This document shows positions 1 through 9,182 of a stretch of 36,681 bases of DNA, in pieces. The stretch lies in the sequence record ON470583; one strand, given 5' to 3'. A model generated the notes under the pieces. It had not been told where the DNA came from and did no database searches. It saw only the letters and a program-made list of their open reading frames with translations. The DNA comes from Escherichia phage vB_EcoS-689R5. Position 1 is the stretch's first letter. Every line of letters starts with the position of its first letter. The translations under genes were made by a program, and so were the position numbers.

Positions 1-1263
1 CTATGGGATAAACTTATTTTTACCAATTGTATAAGGCGGTGCATAAGATTCTCGGCATGCTTCCAGATAATCCGACCACCACTGCATCATCGCTTTGCGG
101 GCTTCCAGGTGCTCTGCCTTATGAATATAAGCCATGCGCACGGTATTGCGCTCCTGATGACTCATCTGGCGTTCTACTGCGTCCTTTGCCCATAAACCCG
201 ATTCCATCAGCGCACTGCATGCCATTGCCCGGAAGCCGTGACCGCAGATATCCTTTTTCGTGTCGTAACCCATCACCCGCAGTGCCTTATTGACCGTGTT
301 TTCACACATTGGCTTATACGGGTTATGGTCGCCGGGGAAGATCAGTTCATTATTACCGGTGATATCCTTAATCTGTTTCAGAATGGCGATGGACTGTTCT
401 GAGAGGGGGACGATATGCGGCATTCGCATTTTTGCCCCGCGGCCGGAATAATGCACGCCAATAATGGGTTCTCGCGTCGCGGGTATCGTCCAGACTCGGT
501 TTGTGAAATCAATCTCTGACCAGCGGGCGAAACGCAGTTCACTGGAGCGAATGAACACATGCAGCATCAGCAGAACGGCATGCCGGGTCAGTTCACGGCC
601 CTGATGATATGCCCCAATACGTTCAAGCAGTTCAGGCAGCCGCTCCAGCGGCAGGGCAGGATAGTGCCGTCTGACAGGAGGTGTGGTCACGCCGCCAAGG
701 TTTGCTGCAGGGTTCGTATCGATTAACTCCTGATGGACCGCATGGCGTATTATGTTACTCAGGTGCTGCCGTGTGCGGGACGCAACCTCCAGCAGACCTT
801 TTTCCTCGATCCCTTTCTGCAGGTCAATGAAATGACGGGGTTTAAGTTCTGATACAGGTAGGTTCCCGATGACCGGAAAGATGTGATTGTTCAGGCTGGC
901 AAGCAGACGGTCGGCGGTGTTCTGCGACCATTTCCTGTTACTTTTATGCCACGCCAGCGCCACGTTTTTAAAAACTTTCTCCGGTGTTCGTGAGCCACGT
1001 ACAGCAGCCCGCTGCTGTACCGGGTTGATATTCAGCGCCAGCATTTTACGGATACCTTCACGTTGCTGTCGCGCATCAGACAGGGAGATGGCTGGATAGG
1101 CACCCAGCGCAATGCGGGATTCTTTACCGCTAATACGGTATTTGAGATACCAGTGGCGGGAGCCACCCGGCTTGACCCGCAGATACAGACTGTGAGAATC
1201 GGAGACTTTAAAGGGTTTATCAGAAGGCTTGAGGGTGCGGATTTTTGCGTCGGTAAGGGATAT
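1..1263 (-). CDS. P4-type tyrosine integrase, about 420 aa; the canonical start position reads ATA rather than ATG
   Basis: Continuous reverse frame 1263->1 translates ISLTDAKIRTLKPSDKPFKVSDSHSLYLRVKPGGSRHWYLKYRISGKESRIALGAYP... and joins the 347-aa track ORF (MLALNINP...), ending at TAG on bases 1-3. The ORF opens after TAA at 1279-1281 and has no ATG/GTG/TTG before Met at 1044. Confidence 0.8.
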   Translation of the reverse strand: MSLTDAKIRTLKPSDKPFKVSDSHSLYLRVKPGGSRHWYLKYRISGKESRIALGAYPAISLSDARQQREGIRKMLALNINPVQQRAAVRGSRTPEKVFKNVALAWHKSNRKWSQNTADRLLASLNNHIFPVIGNLPVSELKPRHFIDLQKGIEEKGLLEVASRTRQHLSNIIRHAVHQELIDTNPAANLGGVTTPPVRRHYPALPLERLPELLERIGAYHQGRELTRHAVLLMLHVFIRSSELRFARWSEIDFTNRVWTIPATREPIIGVHYSGRGAKMRMPHIVPLSEQSIAILKQIKDITGNNELIFPGDHNPYKPMCENTVNKALRVMGYDTKKDICGHGFRAMACSALMESGLWAKDAVERQMSHQERNTVRMAYIHKAEHLEARKAMMQWWSDYLEACRESYAPPYTIGKNKFIP

Positions 1264-1424
1264 ATGGGGGTCACTCCATTATCGAACTAACCCGACCCCA
1301 GATTTGACCACCAATTTTTCCCGATGCGTAGGGTAAAATCAAAATGCACCGAGAAGAGTTTTCACACTAACCTGTTGAATCAACATCAGATAAAGATTCG
1401 CAAGGATGCAAGAAAACAGAAAAT
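1..1424. mobile_element. Edge of an asn-tRNA-associated genomic island (P4-type integrase side); the island body lies left of the window
   Basis: P4-type integrase immediately 3' of tRNA-Asn on the same strand, the usual tRNA-island arrangement. Confidence 0.5.
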
Positions 1425-1500
1425 TGGCTCCTCTGACTGGACTCGAACCAGTGACATACGGATTAACAGTCCGCCGTTCTACCGACTGAACTACAGAGGA
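1425..1500 (-). tRNA. asnT: tRNA-Asn (anticodon GUU)
   Basis: Reverse complement reads UCCUCUGUAGUUCAGUCGGUAGAACGGCGGACUGUUAAUCCGUAUGUCACUGGUUCGAGUCCAGUCAGAGGAGCCA, a 76-nt cloverleaf. Which asn paralog is inferred from the mtfA neighbour. Confidence 0.93.
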
Positions 1501-1600
1501 ATCGTGAGAACGGGGCGCATATTACTTAGCGGTACCTTGTCTGTCAACACTAAATTTCATAAGCCATTTCAATTGGTTAATTAATCTGCAAAGTTGTTAA

Positions 1601-2398
1601 TTAATGAACATTCGTCGCCGAAAACGAGTCTGTATCATTAGCGTGATGCAGTCTCTGCAAAGGATCTTGTTGATAAAATTGGCAGAAACGTTGCCACAAT
1701 GAAGGGAAACGAGGAGCAAAAAGTTCTGGGGCGCTAAAGAAATATTCAGAAAGTACGGCAAAACATTCAGCAGGATCACTGGCAGCATAAGCATCGATGC
1801 TCGCCGCATTCTCGCCAACCAATTCGATTTCTTCCTGAATGTTGTTCATTGCAGCATGAAGATCGTGTTCCCAGCCAGCAACCTCACGCAACGGAATAAA
1901 GGGAACTCCGCTGGCGCGATCGCCGTTACGGGTGTCCAGCTTATGAGCGACTTCATGAATAATCAGGTTAAAACCAGAAGCATCAAAAGAATCTTGTATA
2001 TCCAACCAGTTCAAAACGATAGGCCCTTGCTGCCAGCTCTGACCTGACTGAACAATACGTTGGTTATGCACCAGACCGATATCGTCTTCCCATTCATCAT
2101 CGACCACAAATGGCGCAGGATAAATTAAGACTTCATGAAAACCATCCAGCCATTCCAGTCCTAACTCCAGAACGGGCAGGCAAAATAGAAGTGCTATCCG
2201 GCAGCTTCTTAATGAATTCAGCTCAAAGCCCTGTAAAGGAACAAGCCGTTTTTGCTGTAAAAAACGTTCGGCAAGAGTGACTAATTTGCTTTGTTCCTGT
2301 TCCGTCAGACACGTTAAAAGGGGGATCGATAGTGCTTCCTGCCAGGGAAGGGCAGTTTGATGTGCTGATTCTTGTACTTTCCAGGGCCACTTAATCAT
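1601..2398 (-). CDS. mtfA: MtfA (Mlc titration factor A), zinc-dependent peptidase
   Basis: Translation [20 protein letters not shown]... with HEVAH zinc-binding motif. Start taken at the second Met of the track ORF (265 aa). Confidence 0.88.
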   Translation of the reverse strand: MIKWPWKVQESAHQTALPWQEALSIPLLTCLTEQEQSKLVTLAERFLQQKRLVPLQGFELNSLRSCRIALLFCLPVLELGLEWLDGFHEVLIYPAPFVVDDEWEDDIGLVHNQRIVQSGQSWQQGPIVLNWLDIQDSFDASGFNLIIHEVAHKLDTRNGDRASGVPFIPLREVAGWEHDLHAAMNNIQEEIELVGENAASIDAYAASDPAECFAVLSEYFFSAPELFAPRFPSLWQRFCQFYQQDPLQRLHHANDTDSFSATNVH

Positions 2399-2481
2399 CG
2401 TTTTGCTCGCAAACTCGTCACTTGAACAAAATTGCACGGACAGGGACTGTTAAAATGCCAAATTTCCTGGCATCATGGCAA

Positions 2482-2571
2482 CCATCTGAACGGAGAGATG
2501 CCGGAGCGGCTGAACGGACCGGTCTCGAAAACCGGAGTGGGGGCAACTCCACCGGGGGTTCAAATCCCCCT
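2482..2571 (+). tRNA. serU: tRNA-Ser (anticodon CGA); likely attachment-site tRNA for the adjacent prophage
   Basis: GGAGAGAUGCCGGAGCGGCUGAACGGACCGGUCUCGAAAACCGG...GGUUCAAAUCCCCCUCUCUCCGCCA, 90 nt with long variable arm and CGA anticodon loop. Confidence 0.92.
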
Positions 2572-2626
2572 CTCTCCGCCAAAATTCAATCACTTACACA
2601 TCATTAAGTCAGTGACAAAAATCACA

Positions 2627-2663
2627 CTTGGAATTACTTGGAATATTTTCTTGGAATATTTTC
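2627..2663. repeat. Tandem direct repeats (ttggaatattttc x2 plus a partial copy) inside the 3' end of int, near attL
   Basis: Read directly: cttggaatta / cttggaatattttc / ttggaatattttc; encodes ENIPRKYSK at the integrase C-terminus. Confidence 0.6.
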
Positions 2664-3659
2664 AGGTAACGGGACATCAAGTGTTGGTGAAACTTTAACC
2701 TTCCTGTCATAGATTAGCACTTGCCCTTCGGTTTTGTGACCAGAGAAAAGTTGCTTATCCCGGCTGCTTCCTTCATAGTCTGAAATTCCTTTCGCCTTCA
2801 GATCATGAAAGGTGAAGTCGGTTAAAATACCTGAAATTTTTCCAGCACGATTTCTTGCATCTACCCACATTTCGTTAAAGCCTTTGTACATATATCGGTT
2901 GCCGTATTGATTGCTGATCACATAGGCAGATTTTGGCAACTGTTTTGCTTTTTCGATCGCTGCCTGTAATCGTGGACTCCATGCTTTTATCTGTTTTTTT
3001 CCGGTTTTCCCTTGCTGGATGAATATCCCGTCGTTTCCAATCTGTTCCCATTTCAGCGATAACACATCGGAAACCCTCGCTGCACACAGATAGGCAATTT
3101 CCATTGCGATAAAAACAGGAAGAGGTGCAACGCTTAATACTGCCTGGTATTCTTTGTCGGTTACATATCGTTCGCGGTTTTTGGCCTTGAATTTACTTAC
3201 ACCTGCACATGGGTTAGCCTTCACGTACCCTCGCTCATACCCCCAACTGTAAACACGGGACATACTGCTTTTTTCATGGTTGGCTTGCGTTTTACTCTGC
3301 TCCCCTCTTTTGTCCATGTATCGACGGATGTGTTCTGGTTTTATGGAATCCGCTGGTACCTTACCGAATACGGCAAGCAACTTTTTTTGATGTTGCAGAT
3401 AATCTTTTTGTGTTCTTGGACTAAGGTCACTGTAATAGGCGCTGGCGAGGAATTTTTCCCACAAGCGACCGAATGTCATTGCACGATCGCGATTATTTAC
3501 AGTTTCCTCATACTTTTTCCATAAAGCAGCTAAACCATCCTTGATGGCGGTTAGTGTGACAGATTCTCTGGATGTTGGTTTCCATACATAACTATATTTA
3601 TTTGGGTATACATTTGGAGGTAATTTTTCGTGTTCAGGATTTTTCCTTCGTCTTCCCAT
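2634..3659 (-). CDS. Lambdoid tyrosine integrase
   Basis: 341-aa ORF adjacent to serU with an integrase-like C-terminal region (...FHDLKAKG...LFSGHKTEGQVLIYDRK) and an overlapping upstream xis-like gene. Confidence 0.88.
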   Translation of the reverse strand: MGRRRKNPEHEKLPPNVYPNKYSYVWKPTSRESVTLTAIKDGLAALWKKYEETVNNRDRAMTFGRLWEKFLASAYYSDLSPRTQKDYLQHQKKLLAVFGKVPADSIKPEHIRRYMDKRGEQSKTQANHEKSSMSRVYSWGYERGYVKANPCAGVSKFKAKNRERYVTDKEYQAVLSVAPLPVFIAMEIAYLCAARVSDVLSLKWEQIGNDGIFIQQGKTGKKQIKAWSPRLQAAIEKAKQLPKSAYVISNQYGNRYMYKGFNEMWVDARNRAGKISGILTDFTFHDLKAKGISDYEGSSRDKQLFSGHKTEGQVLIYDRKVKVSPTLDVPLPENIPRKYSK

Positions 3660-3862
3660 CAGATCGCACCAAAATTCGGCTCTACCTCGCGTGGTGGTAA
3701 AGTTTTATTGCAGGTAAATAGATCCCGGCTGACAATCGGTTTGCCACTACGATTGGTATAGAACGGAAGCCCGTTTTCCATTAACCATTTTCGCTGGTGG
3801 CTTGCATATTTGCAGCCCGTTAATATTAGCAATTCATCTTCGGTTAAAAATAAGCTGCTCAT
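3659..3862 (-). CDS. Excisionase-like small protein (DUF4224-type)
   Basis: 67-aa ORF; its stop overlaps the int start (TGATG); sequence MSSLFLTEDELLILTGCKYASHQRKWLMENGLPF... is typical of small proteins upstream of lambdoid integrases. Confidence 0.6.
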   Translation of the reverse strand: MSSLFLTEDELLILTGCKYASHQRKWLMENGLPFYTNRSGKPIVSRDLFTCNKTLPPREVEPNFGAI

Positions 3863-3920
3863 AGCTATATCTCATAACCGCCGCTAACTATATACGGTTA
3901 GCGGCAATTAGGGTTGAACA

Positions 3921-6362
3921 TTAAAAATCAGCCTGACTCGGGATCAGTTTTTGCCAGATAGCTGAAACGTATTTTGCCTGGTAACGAGCGTCATCAAGTG
4001 CATTATGGCGCTCACCTTCGAATGGAATAGCCGTTCTGGCATCGAAGTCTATGGCTTTCCCCAGCTCAACGATTGTGCGTACATCGCGATCGTTGTAGTA
4101 ACGCCACGGGCAGGGGATCCCCTGCCGTTCGTATGAACGGCGCAAAATCGTGTTGTCGAAGTTGGCTCCATTTCCCCAGACCTGAACAAAAAATTCACCG
4201 GAGTTTTCGTCGATAAATTCCCGCAATTGTAACAGTGCATCATCTAACGGGATTTCATCGGTCATAATGGCAGATTGCGCTTCGCGTGATTGCTTAAGCC
4301 ACCATTTAATGGTGTCCCGATCAATGACTCCGCCAGCAGTTTCCAGATCGATAGTCTTACTAAATTCCGGTCCCATATCTCCGGTTTGCGGATCGAAAAA
4401 TATTGCACCTATTGAGATGATCGGGGCATCAGGATTTTTTCCCATGGTTTCAAGGTCGATCATTAGATGGTCACACGTCCTGCTGGTGGATGTGATTTCT
4501 TGATGACCGTTCACCTTAATTGAGTGATCTGCCGTCTCGCCAGTTTCATTATCGCTATCGTGATGCTGATTGCCGCCAGTGTTCTCCTTGTGTGGATGTT
4601 CAGCGCCTTCCATTTCCTCCGGATCATCTTCCTGAACTTCAACCTGATACTCTTCATCGAATGTTTCCTGGTATGTTGCGTCGCCCATCACCGCGCCACA
4701 ATCAGGGCAGTTGCCGCCGCCGGTCTGACCGCAGGCGGTGCAGACTTTTTCCACTTCCTGTTGCGCCACTGGTTCGGATTGTTTCGTTTCTGGCTCGTTT
4801 TGTAACGCATTTGGGCTGTTTTGTTCCGCTTTTTGGTCGTTCCGTTCCGATTCATGCTGGTTCTGGTTCACAGAATCGCGAGTCTGGATCCCTTTGACCC
4901 ATTTCGGATCATTAGGGTCGCTAATCCCCTCAACAAATTCACCACGCGATACAGCAAGTAACTTATCGGCGTCAGGCTGGCTGATATTGGCTGCCTGCAT
5001 AATTTTGTTTACTTCGTCAGCGGTGACTTTTACTTGGTTAGCGGAACTCACCTGCGACTGAGCATCCAGCGACTGCGCGTTCTGGCCATGTTCAGTTGTA
5101 TCCGGTTCCATTGTTTCAGTTGTTGCCTGTTCACCTGCCATTGCGTCAGATGGTTGTGGTTTTTCTTCTTCTGTTTCACGCTCAGTAACCACCTCGCGGT
5201 TAATTTCTTCCAGGATATCTTTTTCCGGCGTATGCCGGGCAGCTGTGAGAGTTTCCTTGCTGGGGTTCTCGTGATCAGTTTCCGTCAAATAGGCGTTGAT
5301 ATACCCCTGAAGGCGTCCCGGGTAGTGATAAAATTCAGGGTGTGCGCTTCGGATAAGTGCAAAAATAGCGGCGCGGGAATAGTCCAGAATACCCGGGGTT
5401 GCACGAAGTGCTGCGGACCATTCTTTGAACGGACTTTCTTGGTTCAGGACTACTTCTTTTGCGCGACGATAAACGCTGCCCTGAATTTCATAAATATTAA
5501 AATCCATCGGAAGTGTGGCTGCTGCAATCTCCACATCCAGTGTGTCGAGGGTGTGTACTAAATTCGGATTGCGATCGGTTTTGTTCCCACCGCCAGCATT
5601 AGCACCGGAAGCCGTGCGGGTGATGCGTGAAACACGATTTCCTTTCATCCACTCTTTTGTCAGCAAACCCCGATCAGTGTAGTCAGCGTCTAGGTATGCT
5701 TCGAAAAAAGCAGTTATTAGTCCCAGGTCTGAATTACCAGGATTAGGGAAAACTTTGTCAGTGTCACGAACCAGTTTGTGGAGGTCGCGAATCTCCAGCG
5801 AGTCGAGCAGACTGGTTTTATGCGAAATAGCCAGGGCAGTAACAGCCGGTAGTTCTTCAGCCCGTGCAATGTGTAATGCCTGGAGTTCGTCGCGTGAAAT
5901 GTGCGTTACTGGTTTTTCGCTGCCGTGTTGAGCAAGCCAACGAATGGGCAGTTCCTGACCGGAGACAGGCAGAAGCATGCTCTCCTCAATCTCAGTCATG
6001 GCTTCGCCGTTGATGTTGGTATTGTCAGTGCTGGCTGGTTTGTCCTGAACAGAGGGGGAAGGGCCGATAAATGTCATTGTGATGCCATCTTTCCCGCCTT
6101 TTTCATAGCGATTGCAGAATTCAGTATCAAACACGCCTTCTGGCGGAAGGTCGTCAACAACGGGCAAATTGACGCGGACGGGTTTTTTAAAGTCGTCTTC
6201 ATCATAATCGTTGTCATCCATTGCGGTAATGCAGCGGGAGATTGCAACAGATAATTTTTTTGCTGTAGTCCAGTAAAAACCACCTTTAATTCCTAGGCGT
6301 TTTCTTACTTTGTCATTTTTTGCTTCGCAATATAGTGCAAATTCTTCTTTATCAGTGCTCAT
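3921..6362 (-). CDS. Large phage exonuclease-family protein (full-length ydfE-like) with C-terminal DnaQ-like 3'-5' exonuclease domain
   Basis: 813-aa ORF; C-terminal motifs [31 protein letters not shown] (DEDDh-like); central acidic low-complexity region and a CxxC...CxxC ribbon ([16 protein letters not shown]). Confidence 0.7.
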   Translation of the reverse strand: MSTDKEEFALYCEAKNDKVRKRLGIKGGFYWTTAKKLSVAISRCITAMDDNDYDEDDFKKPVRVNLPVVDDLPPEGVFDTEFCNRYEKGGKDGITMTFIGPSPSVQDKPASTDNTNINGEAMTEIEESMLLPVSGQELPIRWLAQHGSEKPVTHISRDELQALHIARAEELPAVTALAISHKTSLLDSLEIRDLHKLVRDTDKVFPNPGNSDLGLITAFFEAYLDADYTDRGLLTKEWMKGNRVSRITRTASGANAGGGNKTDRNPNLVHTLDTLDVEIAAATLPMDFNIYEIQGSVYRRAKEVVLNQESPFKEWSAALRATPGILDYSRAAIFALIRSAHPEFYHYPGRLQGYINAYLTETDHENPSKETLTAARHTPEKDILEEINREVVTERETEEEKPQPSDAMAGEQATTETMEPDTTEHGQNAQSLDAQSQVSSANQVKVTADEVNKIMQAANISQPDADKLLAVSRGEFVEGISDPNDPKWVKGIQTRDSVNQNQHESERNDQKAEQNSPNALQNEPETKQSEPVAQQEVEKVCTACGQTGGGNCPDCGAVMGDATYQETFDEEYQVEVQEDDPEEMEGAEHPHKENTGGNQHHDSDNETGETADHSIKVNGHQEITSTSRTCDHLMIDLETMGKNPDAPIISIGAIFFDPQTGDMGPEFSKTIDLETAGGVIDRDTIKWWLKQSREAQSAIMTDEIPLDDALLQLREFIDENSGEFFVQVWGNGANFDNTILRRSYERQGIPCPWRYYNDRDVRTIVELGKAIDFDARTAIPFEGERHNALDDARYQAKYVSAIWQKLIPSQADF

Positions 6363-6455
6363 TATTGGTAAACCTCATCACAGATTTAAGGGTGAACAAA
6401 TCTCTGCCATTGCTGACATATAAGAATGAAACTGGATATTTATTACGGTGCTGTT

Positions 6456-6647
6456 TTAAAATCCTGCCGGGATTTCGTTATTATCCTGGTGAATAACTTT
6501 ATCGACCGGATAACAGTTGCCTGGAATTTTCTGTTCGGTTGCTGCTGCCATACATTCCTGCATTGTTCTGTGAACACTGACTGCAATATCAACTGACTCT
6601 CCGGAAACAAGAAAAACCGTCAGAATAAGTGCAAATACTGGATTCAT
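6456..6647 (-). CDS. ydfD: YdfD-like small lysis-associated protein (63 aa, N-terminal hydrophobic segment)
   Basis: MNPVFALILTVFLVSGESVDIAVSVHRTMQECMAAATEQKIPGNCYPVDKVIHQDNNEIPAGF; start overlaps the dicB stop (ATGA); sits where ydfD sits in Qin. Confidence 0.6.
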   Translation of the reverse strand: MNPVFALILTVFLVSGESVDIAVSVHRTMQECMAAATEQKIPGNCYPVDKVIHQDNNEIPAGF

Positions 6648-6832
6648 TGTGCACATCCTTTTGGCATCAGACGTAAACGGGCCAGCATTGAAACAATGCA
6701 TACTTTATTTAATAACTCCCGTTCGTGTTTTCTTTTGTTAATGGCATCTTCAGTAAATACAGGATTACTGATAGTGACACCAATTTCAAAACAACCTTCA
6801 GACGTATTAACGTTTGGTAATAACGTTTTCAT
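6644..6832 (-). CDS. dicB: Cell-division inhibitor DicB (62 aa)
   Basis: MKTLLPNVNTSEGCFEIGVTISNPVFTEDAINKRKHERELLNKVCIVSMLARLRLMPKGCAQ, immediately downstream of DicF. Confidence 0.8.
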   Translation of the reverse strand: MKTLLPNVNTSEGCFEIGVTISNPVFTEDAINKRKHERELLNKVCIVSMLARLRLMPKGCAQ

Positions 6833-7001
6833 TATCGCGCCCTCAACAATGAGTTTTGTGATGCGGTGCCTGGTGCCTCCAGGTGACGTTAACCAGTTAA
6901 CAATTAACGCCGGATACAGAGAATCCACCCATAACACTGTTTTTGGTTTTAACTGTTCCGCGTGCGCTTAGCCGCATTCACCGCATCACAAAATTCACTT
7001 T

Positions 7002-7059
7002 AAAAAGGGCGGCAGAGCAGTCACGGAGTAAAACTGATACCGCCAAACGTCACCAGAAA
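7002..7059 (-). ncRNA. dicF: DicF small RNA
   Basis: Reverse complement reads UUUCUGGUGACGUUUGGCGGUAUCAGUUUUACUCCGUGACUGCUCUGCCGCCCUUUUU with a terminal GC stem plus U-run, between ydfC and dicB. Exact processed ends not determinable. Confidence 0.8.
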
Positions 7060-7399
7060 ATTGATAACAGAGGGCGTTGCAGCGGGGTTGTCACTTAAGC
7101 GTATGGTCAACCTGACAACCCGGTGTCCTCAACGGGGAAGGAATAACCCCGCCATACTTACCGCCGCGCCATTTCGCGTAGTGCCACAACCGGAAGCGCA
7201 CGGTCGACGAAAATTTAACGACAGGCTATCTATGAACCAGCTACCTCGCCGTGCGCTTTCGCGTTATGGTCTGACTTTTCATGGAAATATCCTTTCAGTA
7301 AACTGTCAGTGCCGGATGCTCACCCGTGTCCGGCGCACGCACTCCACCTCACCCGTGGAGAACTCCTTAATTACCAACCTTAGCTTCGTTGGTTAGCTA

Positions 7400-7618
7400 T
7401 TAACGCTGGTATGTAATCATTCTGGCAATGCTTAATGCCGCTGCTTTTTCCAGCCTGGTGATATCCTGCTCCAGAGCGGACAGATTTTCAGCCTGCTTAG
7501 CCCTGGCTTCATTGGCCCATTTCAGATCCTGCGCTGCATTAATTTTCTGGCGCATCCACTCATAAAGTTCATCATCGGTATAGTCTGGCGCGATGATGAC
7601 GGGTTCTCGTTTCTGCAT
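7400..7618 (-). CDS. ydfC: YdfC-like small protein (72 aa)
   Basis: MQKREPVIIAPDYTDDELYEWMRQKINAAQDLKWANEARAKQAENLSALEQDITRLEKAAALSIARMITYQR in the dicB operon position. Confidence 0.6.
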   Translation of the reverse strand: MQKREPVIIAPDYTDDELYEWMRQKINAAQDLKWANEARAKQAENLSALEQDITRLEKAAALSIARMITYQR

Positions 7619-7647
7619 ACTGATTCCTCGCGGTGCTGCTTCGCTTA

Positions 7648-7776
7648 TCAGCCGTTAGATTTTGCCGAGCTGGAAAGCGCCTGTTTAAACTCACTGAAGC
7701 TGAGAGCTTCTTCGCCTTCGGTAAGGCCTTCGAAGTATTCTTCGTAAGCCTTTTTCATGATTGTGTCGAAATCCAT
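7648..7776 (-). CDS. ydfB: YdfB-like small protein (42 aa); absent from the supplied ORF track because it is under 60 aa
   Basis: Manual translation of the reverse strand: MDFDTIMKKAYEEYFEGLTEGEEALSFSEFKQALSSSAKSNG; start overlaps the upstream ydfA-like stop (TGATATG). Confidence 0.55.
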   Translation of the reverse strand: MDFDTIMKKAYEEYFEGLTEGEEALSFSEFKQALSSSAKSNG

Positions 7777-7777
7777 A

Positions 7778-7933
7778 TCACTCACCTGAGTTTCTTTCCA
7801 GCCAGCGACGGGCACCATTTTCGGTTTTAAACGTTTTGCTTTTGGTATACGTCATCGCGGTGAATGTGCCGTCCTGGTTGGGAAACACGCCGTACACCAG
7901 AGATTCGTTGTTGCCAAGATCGATAGTATCCAT
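7778..7933 (-). CDS. ydfA: YdfA-like small protein (51 aa)
   Basis: MDTIDLGNNESLVYGVFPNQDGTFTAMTYTKSKTFKTENGARRWLERNSGE; first gene of the leftward operon. Confidence 0.55.
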   Translation of the reverse strand: MDTIDLGNNESLVYGVFPNQDGTFTAMTYTKSKTFKTENGARRWLERNSGE

Positions 7934-8114
7934 GTTGACCTCATTTCCCCTTAACGCCGGGGTAGCGGAACAAAAACCTGCTGCATAGTTATTAAAGTTG
8001 AACCCTGCCGTCATGTTCTTACGCCTCGGGCTGGCTACTTAACCCCTGACCACTGCCTGGTAACTCGAAGTATTGCCCGGCGTTCTATGGGGCGGGGTGG
8101 GTTGGTATGCAATA

Positions 8115-8143
8115 AATCTAAAAGTATTTAGTTTTATAGTCAA
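8115..8143 (-). promoter_or_regulatory. pL-like leftward early promoter (TTGACT-17 bp-TAGATT on the minus strand) overlapping an operator-like motif
   Basis: Read on reverse complement; lies between the cI terminator and ydfA; the same ATCTAAAARTAYTTAG motif occurs in the cI-cro intergenic region. Confidence 0.5.
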
Positions 8144-8162
8144 GGGGAATCTAAATTAATTT

Positions 8163-8187
8163 AAAAAAAAGGTCGGCATAACCGACC
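8163..8187 (-). terminator. Rho-independent terminator downstream of the cI-like repressor gene
   Basis: Minus strand: GGUCGGUUAUGCCGACC hairpin followed by an 8-U tract. Confidence 0.7.
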
Positions 8188-8210
8188 TTAAGTTCAAGGA
8201 CATAGCAGGG

Positions 8211-8858
8211 TTATAGGTTGAACTGCACACCTTTTGCTACGGCAACAATTTTACACTCTGGCGTAAGCAAGGATGATTGATAGCGCGGATTGAGAGGGCT
8301 TAAATACACAAGTTTTCCATCAATAACTAATTTTTTTATAGTCATAGACGGTTCATTTGTAAGTGGATCTGGAACTATTACAGCGACGATACTGCCATTT
8401 TTATAACTCTCTCCTGGTCTTAGGATCACAGTGGCACCAACCGGGATACTTGGTGACCCTGAGGGGTTATGCATAGTGTCATCAGGCATTGAAACGGCAA
8501 AATCACCTTCCACTACATCAAAGAATGTGGTGATCCTATCGACATTTCCCATTGTTTTCTCTCCTTCTAAGATTAGGAAAGAAATCGCGTCACCCCACGA
8601 AAAGTAGGGGATCTTGGTGCCTGGATTGCTCTGCACAAAAGATAGTTCAGGAGACGATACTCCATACAGGAGATAGGACTCAGTAGTTCCTAATGCCTGG
8701 GCTAACTTACTTAGAGCTTTGCTGCCGGGTTCGTTTAGATCTTTCTCCCAGTACCCTATAGTAACCCCAGTCACGCCTGAAAGCTTACCCAGTTCTACTT
8801 GGGTGAGTCCCTTATCTTTTCTGAGTTTCTTAAGCCTGATGCCAAGGCTTTCCATCAT
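8211..8858 (-). CDS. CI-like prophage repressor (HTH-XRE N-terminus, LexA/S24-like C-terminus)
   Basis: 215-aa ORF divergent from cro; N-terminal LTQVELGKLSGVTGVTIGYWEK helix-turn-helix; C-terminal peptidase-like domain. Confidence 0.8.
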   Translation of the reverse strand: MMESLGIRLKKLRKDKGLTQVELGKLSGVTGVTIGYWEKDLNEPGSKALSKLAQALGTTESYLLYGVSSPELSFVQSNPGTKIPYFSWGDAISFLILEGEKTMGNVDRITTFFDVVEGDFAVSMPDDTMHNPSGSPSIPVGATVILRPGESYKNGSIVAVIVPDPLTNEPSMTIKKLVIDGKLVYLSPLNPRYQSSLLTPECKIVAVAKGVQFNL

Positions 8859-8897
8859 TTTCTCCCGCGAGTTGAATATAAATTATTTTAGATTGCA

Positions 8898-8940
8898 TTG
8901 ACCTAAAAAAAATTATCCTGTAATCTAAAAATACTTAGAT
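8898..8940 (+). promoter_or_regulatory. pR-like promoter (TTGACC-17 bp-TAATCT) with overlapping palindromic operator ATCTAAAAATACTTAGAT
   Basis: Consensus-like -35/-10 with 17-bp spacer about 30 bp upstream of the cro ATG; operator half-sites ATCTAA/TTAGAT. Confidence 0.6.
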
Positions 8941-8954
8941 TTTAGGAGAGTAAA

Positions 8955-9182
8955 ATGCGAGTTGATGAACTTGTTCAGTTTTTTGGCTCTGTTCAGAGGG
9001 TCGCTGATTTTTATGGGATAACCCGCGAAGCTATTTACATGTGGCGTAAGCGCCCCGGTGAAATAGTTCCGAAAGGGAGAGCTGCGGAAGCTGCTGCATA
9101 CTCCAAGGGAAAATTATCTTTGAACCCAGAGCTTTACAAAAAGAAGGATACCACCCGGGACAAAAGGAAGAGTGATTCATGA
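8955..9182 (+). CDS. Cro-like regulator (75 aa)
   Basis: Small basic ORF divergent from cI, preceded by AGGAGAG Shine-Dalgarno; stop overlaps the next start (ATGA). Confidence 0.7.
   Translation: MRVDELVQFFGSVQRVADFYGITREAIYMWRKRPGEIVPKGRAAEAAAYSKGKLSLNPELYKKKDTTRDKRKSDS

Noticed and set aside
1032-1274. Track ORF MTPIYPLPTQ... (80 aa, minus strand)
   Set aside because: It is an out-of-frame reading of the integrase N-terminal region; the true integrase frame (ISLTDAKIR...) is continuous with the 1-1044 ORF.
4267-6283. Several plus- and minus-strand ORFs of 60-175 aa nested inside the 813-aa exonuclease gene
   Set aside because: They are antisense or out-of-frame, low-complexity, and have no start context; artefacts of the open acidic-repeat coding region.
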